Origin: Marispirochaeta sp.
GTDB taxonomy: Bacteria; Spirochaetota; Spirochaetia; JC444; Marispirochaetaceae
Direction of reading: 5' to 3'
DNA: 64,000 nt
Assembly: GCA_963676835.2 (NCBI GenBank)
Contig: CAXXFF010000002.1
Span: 1,536,001 to 1,600,000, forward strand
Under the pieces are notes generated by a model, which searched no databases, was not told the origin of the DNA, and worked only from the letters and a program-made list of their open reading frames with translations. This document shows positions 58,408 through 64,000 of this stretch, one piece after another. Position 1 is the stretch's first letter; each line of letters starts with the position of its first letter. The position numbers and the translations under genes are program-made.

Positions 58408-58951
58408 CTATTTATTCAGGAATGAGAGTACGTCGTCTTTAGACATGTTCAGCATAGATGCTATCTTTTCTACAGAATAGCCGTTGCTTTTAAGTTTTTT
58501 GATTGTTTCGGCAACGCCTTCTTCTCTCACTTCTGCAAGAAGTTCCTTTTTGTATGCTTCCAGTTTTGTTGCAAACATCGCTTTCTCCTCCAGAATATTC
58601 TGGAATTTATTGCTTAATCCTGTATTTACGGCTATTTCATCGATCCCGTCAAAGTAGTTATAGAACCAGTTGCAGAATTCGTTGACTACCTCAAGATTTT
58701 CGTCAGCAATGATCCTGAATAACTCATCTATACTAAATAATAACTCTTGAGGACTGGAATTTTCAACATAGAACACAGCAGCTACAGCATTCCTTATACT
58801 TTTCATCGATATAACTTTTATCCCAACGTTTCAGGGACGAGAAGTCGAGTTCTTTGATGAAGTCTTCATGTACAAAGGATTCAATTAATTTCTGCAGGAA
58901 ATACGGTTGTGAGAATAGCCGTTTATATCTTTTGTCGTGTTCAAATGCCAT
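58408..58951 (-). pseudogene. Rpn/YhgA-like recombination-promoting nuclease remnant (internal deletion plus frameshift)
   Basis: N-terminus HDKRYKRLFS...[13 protein letters not shown] and a C-terminal part ending EKIASML in different frames; central nuclease core missing. Confidence 0.75.
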
Positions 58952-59058
58952 ATACAGATATATAACCACGGAATAGATCTGTCGCTTCAAGTATAGTGGC
59001 TACGCAATGTCGAAACCTCATTCCGGCGGATGTAACTGCCATTTATATCGATTGCTAC

Positions 59059-59116
59059 TTGACTTCCCCTCCTTTTAACCGTATAGATTAACCAAGTGGT
59101 TAAAACGGGAGGTTAA
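59059..59116 (+). promoter_or_regulatory. Promoter with symmetric TetR-type operator array
   Basis: TTGACT at 59059; TTAACC-N7-TTAACC-N4-GGTTAA-N7-GGTTAA at 59075-59116. Confidence 0.7.
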
Positions 59117-59121
59117 ACCTT

Positions 59122-59784
59122 ATGGTACGACCCATGGACAGCAAAGCCGAGGAGCAGATACTTGAAGCTGCCTACACGGTTATTCTCCGCCGCGGTAAAG
59201 CCGGGGCCCGGATGCAGGAAATTGCCGACGAGGCGGGGGTAAACAAAGCCCTTCTGCATTACTATTTCCGTTCCAAAGACAAAATTTATACAGCAATTCT
59301 CGGCAAGGTTATCCGGGAGGTTCTGGGGACCCTGCTTCGGAAGATAGACTTTAATACTCCCATTGAAGAGTTTGTCCGCGGCTTTGTTTCAGGCCATATA
59401 AATGCAATAAAGCAGAATCAGCGGATGTTTCAGTTTTTCCTTGCAGAAATCTGGCTCAACCCCGAGGAGGTTATCCCAACCTTCAGGGAAGTTATTTCTG
59501 ATTCCAGGGGTAACCTGCTGGAACTTTTCAACAACAGAATACAGCTGGCCATTGAAGAAAAAGAGATACGGCCGGTGGATCCCCGGCATCTTCTGATCAA
59601 TGTACTCAGTCTGGATGTCTTCTATTTCCTCGGGACTCCCATTTTCACTGCAGTAATGGAGATGAATGAGGCACAGGTGAAAGAGATGTCGGAAGAACGG
59701 GCAGCCCGGGTGGTGGATTTTGTCTGGGAATCCATCCGCTACAGGGAAGGGGCCATCAGTGCAAACGGAGGAGAGCCGGCATGA
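59122..59784 (+). CDS. TetR/AcrR-family regulator
   Basis: MQEIADEAGVNKALLHYYFRSKDKIY. Confidence 0.93.
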   Translation: MVRPMDSKAEEQILEAAYTVILRRGKAGARMQEIADEAGVNKALLHYYFRSKDKIYTAILGKVIREVLGTLLRKIDFNTPIEEFVRGFVSGHINAIKQNQRMFQFFLAEIWLNPEEVIPTFREVISDSRGNLLELFNNRIQLAIEEKEIRPVDPRHLLINVLSLDVFYFLGTPIFTAVMEMNEAQVKEMSEERAARVVDFVWESIRYREGAISANGGEPA

Positions 59785-61085
59785 AGAAACTGTTATCTGC
59801 CGCAGCTTTTCTGCTGCTGTTTTCATCCATCTATGGAGATATATACAGCCTTAAGGATCTTCTCCCCACAGCGGTTTCGGAAGATGCTGAAATGAGAAGG
59901 CTTGCAGCTTCCAACGACGAAGCCCGTTCCAGAATAAGTCAGGCAAAGGGTACTTTTTCCCCCAGAGTTGATTTTTCCGCCCAGGCAGCCTTCATCTCGG
60001 AACTGCCTGAAGCGACCATAGGGCCTACCACGATAACTGCCGGTGTGAATGATACCTACGCCACGGCCCTGACGGCAAAACAGCTGATCTTCTCCGGTTT
60101 TGCCCGGGGGGCGGCGGTAAAAAGTGCGGAAAACAGTCTGGCTCTGGGAAGGTTTCAGGCTGAGAGCCGAGCCGATTCCGTCCGCTTCTCTCTGGTGCAG
60201 GCTGCCTACTCCCTCAATCTTGCAGATCTTTCTGTGGAGTCCCTGGAGGCAAGCCTTGCAAGGCTTGAGCTCAACCGTCGCAAGGTAAACTCCTTTTTTC
60301 AGCAGGGATTCAGCTCCGAACTGGATCTTCTGGAAATGGATTCCGCCGTAACGGAGCTCCAGCTTAAGCTCAGGAGTCTGAAAGCAGAACGGGAGTCCGC
60401 CCTGATCCGTCTGCGCCAAATCAGCGGTAAGGAAGATCTTCAGGGGCTGACTATTGATACGGAGTATCTGACGCTGCCGGATAAGGCCCGGCTGCAGTCC
60501 GGAAATGCGGACCTGAGGGAAAACCAGGCTTTTCAGGCTACAGATTACTCTCTGAGGGCTCTTGAAATCAGCAGGACCATAGACCGTGCCGGCTGGTCTC
60601 CTGTGGTGAGCGCCTTCGGCAGTCTCAATTACGGACGTCCCGGGGCCAATACCTTCTCCGACCAGTGGCAGTTTTATTACAAAGGAGGCCTGGAAGTCTC
60701 TTTCAATCTCTGGGACGGTGGAGACCGGTCCAACGCCGCAGGAATCACTGAAGCCAGAATAAAGGCCCTTGATGCCCGGCGGGATGCCCTGCTAACCGAC
60801 CTTGAGAGCAGCAGCGACCAGATGCTGGAGGCATTAAATGCCCTTCAGGACCAGTATGGTACAACGGAAAATCTGCTCAGCCAGAAAAAGCGTAAATACA
60901 CCCTGGTTCAGGAACTCTGGCAGGCAGGACAGAAAAGCACCATCGATGTACTCGCCGCTGAACAGGAGTTTACCGAAGCGGATATAAGTCTCAAGACCAT
61001 ACGTATACAGCTGCTGTCGCTGTATCAGGATTTTCTCAAACTGACTAATCAACCTCTCTGGAGTGAAGGAGTCTCCCATGAATAA
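59781..61085 (+). CDS. TolC-family outer-membrane efflux protein
   Basis: Signal peptide; QLIFSGF, FNLWDGG, G..S.LDLL-type repeats. Confidence 0.88.
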   Translation: MKKLLSAAAFLLLFSSIYGDIYSLKDLLPTAVSEDAEMRRLAASNDEARSRISQAKGTFSPRVDFSAQAAFISELPEATIGPTTITAGVNDTYATALTAKQLIFSGFARGAAVKSAENSLALGRFQAESRADSVRFSLVQAAYSLNLADLSVESLEASLARLELNRRKVNSFFQQGFSSELDLLEMDSAVTELQLKLRSLKAERESALIRLRQISGKEDLQGLTIDTEYLTLPDKARLQSGNADLRENQAFQATDYSLRALEISRTIDRAGWSPVVSAFGSLNYGRPGANTFSDQWQFYYKGGLEVSFNLWDGGDRSNAAGITEARIKALDARRDALLTDLESSSDQMLEALNALQDQYGTTENLLSQKKRKYTLVQELWQAGQKSTIDVLAAEQEFTEADISLKTIRIQLLSLYQDFLKLTNQPLWSEGVSHE

Positions 61086-61959
61086 ACACATACTGTCTGT
61101 ACTGCTGCTTTCGGTACTTATTTTTCTTGTCAGCACAGGATGTTCCGGAAGCGAGGATAGTTCCTCATTTACCGGTCTGGTTGAAGGCCGGGTCTATGCC
61201 GTTTCTTCTCCTGTAACGGACAAGCTGCTTAAGCTTGAGGTTTCCGAAGGAGATGAGGTTACCGGAGAGATGGTTCTCGGTGCCATAGATACGGCTTCAC
61301 TTAAACTGCAGGAGTCTGCCCTCAGGGCAAAGGCGGAACAGGTGGAACTTCAGATGGAGGAGCTGAAGATAAACAGTGCCCAGGTGGAAGACACCCGGAA
61401 TTATTATAGAGATAACTATAGAAAAAATCTGGAGCTTCTGAAGGTTCAGGCTGTCTCTGACCAGACAGTGCGGGACCTCAAGCTGAATGCGGACAAATGG
61501 GAGCGGGAGCTTGCCGGCCTCGGTATAAAGGCCCGTACCCTGGAGCTGCAGCGGAAGGAATTGAATCTTCAGCTTGAGCAGCTGGCGCTCTCCATAAGTA
61601 AAGGGACGCTTGCGAGTCCGGCTTCAGGCTTCGTGGACAAGATATTCTATGAACCCGGGGAATTTGTCCCCGCCCTCCGCCCGGTAGTTCAGGTGGTCAG
61701 CCTTAATGATGTCTGGTGCTATGTCTATGTGGGAGAGGCGGAGATCGCATCTCTAACGCCCGGACAGGATGTTGAAGCCCGCCAGGGTGAAGCTTCCTTT
61801 GATGCCAGGGTGGAACACATAAACAGCCGTGCGGAATTTACCCCCAAGGAAGTTCTTACCAGTGATAACCGGGCTGCCCTGGTCTATGCTGTGAGGGTCG
61901 GTATTGACAACCCGGAAGGGATCCTCAAGCTGGGGATGCCGGTGGAGATAAGCTGGTAA
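61078..61959 (+). CDS. HlyD-family periplasmic adaptor
   Basis: V.EGD.V, SPASG, AEFTPK...LVYAVRV, LKLGMP. Confidence 0.9.
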   Translation: MNKHILSVLLLSVLIFLVSTGCSGSEDSSSFTGLVEGRVYAVSSPVTDKLLKLEVSEGDEVTGEMVLGAIDTASLKLQESALRAKAEQVELQMEELKINSAQVEDTRNYYRDNYRKNLELLKVQAVSDQTVRDLKLNADKWERELAGLGIKARTLELQRKELNLQLEQLALSISKGTLASPASGFVDKIFYEPGEFVPALRPVVQVVSLNDVWCYVYVGEAEIASLTPGQDVEARQGEASFDARVEHINSRAEFTPKEVLTSDNRAALVYAVRVGIDNPEGILKLGMPVEISW

Positions 61960-61963
61960 GTAT

Positions 61964-62914
61964 ATGGCTGAGGTAATTCAGGCTCGGAACCTTGCAAAAC
62001 GGTACGGCGGGGTCACCGCTCTGGCCGGAGTGGATATCGCCGCAGAAGAAGGGGAGATTACCGGGCTAATCGGCCCGGATGGAGCGGGCAAGTCCAGCTT
62101 TATGAAAATTCTTCTCGGGCTGATTCAGCGAGACGGCGGGGAGCTTGAGCTCTTCGTGTCCGACCCGGGTAAGGACCGGAATATAGTCCGCAGCAGGGCA
62201 GGCTATATGCCGGAGGTTTTCTCACTCTATACAGATCTTTCGGTTGAAGAGAATCTGCTCTTTTCCTTCAGAATCCATCGGGGTAAATCAGCCGATTTCA
62301 GTGAGAGACGGGACCGGCTGTACCGGTTCAACCGGCTGGAAAAGTTTTCCGGAGCACGGGCCGGCACCCTTTCGGGGGGAATGAAGCAGAAGCTGGCCCT
62401 TTCCTGTGCTTTAATGCACTCGCCTTCCGTCCTGGTTCTGGATGAGCCCACCACCGGAGTGGACCCCTTAAGCCGCCGGGAATTCTGGAGCATGCTCAAG
62501 GATCTTAAATCCCAGGGAATTACCATTCTTGTTTCAACTCCCTATATGGAGGAAGCTCTTCTCTGTGACCGTATCTATATGATCAATCAGGGGCATATTC
62601 TCTCCTCCGGAACCCCTTCCAGTCTTGTTGCTGATTTTCCCGGGATGGTCGTTGAGTTTATCCCCCGGGAAACTGCTCCCCAGATGCTCAGACGGAAGAT
62701 CTCTGAAGCTCTGCCGGAATATCCGGTTTTTCTTTCAGGCCGCAGGGTTCATGCTGTTCTGCCTGAAAAAAATGATCAGATTTATGAGTCCGTCCTTGGG
62801 CGTCTAACAGAAATACCTGCAGATATTCGCAGAATACAGCCGGATCTTGAGGATCTCTTTCTTGTTTCGGTACTGCAGCAGACGAAATCGGTCTTCACCG
62901 GGGAGGGGAAATGA
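61964..62914 (+). CDS. ABC transporter ATP-binding protein
   Basis: GPDGAGKS, LSGGMKQK, LDEPTTGVDP. Confidence 0.93.
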   Translation: MAEVIQARNLAKRYGGVTALAGVDIAAEEGEITGLIGPDGAGKSSFMKILLGLIQRDGGELELFVSDPGKDRNIVRSRAGYMPEVFSLYTDLSVEENLLFSFRIHRGKSADFSERRDRLYRFNRLEKFSGARAGTLSGGMKQKLALSCALMHSPSVLVLDEPTTGVDPLSRREFWSMLKDLKSQGITILVSTPYMEEALLCDRIYMINQGHILSSGTPSSLVADFPGMVVEFIPRETAPQMLRRKISEALPEYPVFLSGRRVHAVLPEKNDQIYESVLGRLTEIPADIRRIQPDLEDLFLVSVLQQTKSVFTGEGK

Positions 62915-63678
62915 TCAGCATCAGCAGCCTGAGCAAACGCTTCGGTCATTTTACCGCCGTTGACAATATCTCCTTTGCCGTAAAGCCCGGAGAGATCTTC
63001 GGCTTTCTCGGAGCAAACGGGGCGGGAAAAACAACCACAATCCGCATGATGTGCGGTCTTCTGTCGCCAACATCGGGGCAGATATTTTTTGAGGATGAAG
63101 ATGTAACCCGCAAACCGGAACATATCAAGCAGAACATAGGCTATATGTCCCAGAAATTCTCTCTTTATGGTGACCTTTCGGTGGAAGCCAATATCGACTT
63201 CTTTGGAGCAGTCTACGGCGTTGCAAAGGAGAGAATACAGCAGGAAAAAACAAGGCTGAAGAGCACTTTCGGCAGTGAAATCTCCCGGGGAACCGTTTCA
63301 CGGCTGCCCATGGGGTTTAAACAGCGGCTCGGCCTCTCCTGTGCTCTGCTCCATCAGCCGCCCCTGCTGTTTCTGGATGAACCTACCTCCGGAGTTGATC
63401 CTGCAGGACGCCGGGAGTTCTGGGAGGATATCTATGATATTTCAAGCCATGGGCGGACCGTACTGGTGACAACCCATTTTATGGATGAAGCAGAGTACTG
63501 CGACCGCATTGCCATAATGAGTTTCGGCAGGCTTATAGATCTGGATACCCCTGATGCAATCCGCGGTAAATACGGAGAGGAGACACTTAATGCTGCATTC
63601 ATCCGTGCGGTGGAAGAGGACCGAATCCGCAGAGAGCAGGGACGAGAGAAGGATATAGCGCAGGGGAGGGAGTCGTAA
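62911..63678 (+). CDS. ABC transporter ATP-binding protein
   Basis: GANGAGKT, LPMGFKQR, LDEPTSGVDP. Confidence 0.93.
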   Translation: MISISSLSKRFGHFTAVDNISFAVKPGEIFGFLGANGAGKTTTIRMMCGLLSPTSGQIFFEDEDVTRKPEHIKQNIGYMSQKFSLYGDLSVEANIDFFGAVYGVAKERIQQEKTRLKSTFGSEISRGTVSRLPMGFKQRLGLSCALLHQPPLLFLDEPTSGVDPAGRREFWEDIYDISSHGRTVLVTTHFMDEAEYCDRIAIMSFGRLIDLDTPDAIRGKYGEETLNAAFIRAVEEDRIRREQGREKDIAQGRES

Positions 63679-63681
63679 GTT

Positions 63682-64000
63682 ATGGGACTTTTCGGTATCA
63701 TCGCCAAGGAATTCAAACACATAACCCGGGACTACCGTACCCTGGCAGTCCTGTTTCTGCTTCCGATTCTAATGATGATTCTTTTCGGCTATGCAATGAC
63801 CCTGGAAATCAGCAATATCAAGCTGGTAATTGAGGATCAGGACAATTCTTATCAATCCAGGGAACTGATCAGAAGCTTTGCCGGAAGCAGTTTCTTTGTG
63901 CTGGTAAAGACGGATATTTCAGACCATACGGAAATATTCCAGCGCCGCCTCGCCCATGCCATTCTCACCATTCCCCGGGGCTATGCGGAGAATGCCGCCG
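63682..64000 (+). CDS. ABC-2 permease (YbhS-like), partial
   Basis: Manual translation MGLFGIIAKEFKHITRDYRTL...LFGYAM; runs off the window. Confidence 0.85.
   Translation, partial: MGLFGIIAKEFKHITRDYRTLAVLFLLPILMMILFGYAMTLEISNIKLVIEDQDNSYQSRELIRSFAGSSFFVLVKTDISDHTEIFQRRLAHAILTIPRGYAENAA

Overview
Bacterial chromosomal DNA, most likely a free-living anaerobic spirochaete (CheX, spirochaete-style 'AGGQAE' signal peptide and lipoproteins, an [FeFe]-hydrogenase-like chemoreceptor); this assignment is an inference. Most of the window is ordinary accessory metabolism, transport and regulation: vapBC, aguAB, GNATs, dehydrogenases, clpB, a TetR-MMPL operon and a TetR-TolC-HlyD-ABC operon. The standout is 20.3-31.9 kb. 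It holds five paralogues of a ~190-260 aa protein family I cannot assign, interleaved with a PPP-type metallophosphoesterase, a HipA/PI3-4-kinase-like kinase, a Hanks-type pseudokinase with amphipathic helices, a single-pass LysM membrane protein and an FHA-LuxR regulator. This is a candidate undescribed phosphorylation-controlled scaffold or signalling system. Other oddities: a membrane CheA-like kinase lacking CheW (with cheX/cheY), an orphan FliM-FliG fusion, an FMN_bind lipoprotein lacking its flavinylation motif, an AraC-GyrI gene with an internal RBS and 21-bp-phased repeats, and several gene remnants. No rRNA, tRNA or CRISPR array was seen. All family calls come from motif recognition by eye, not from database searches.
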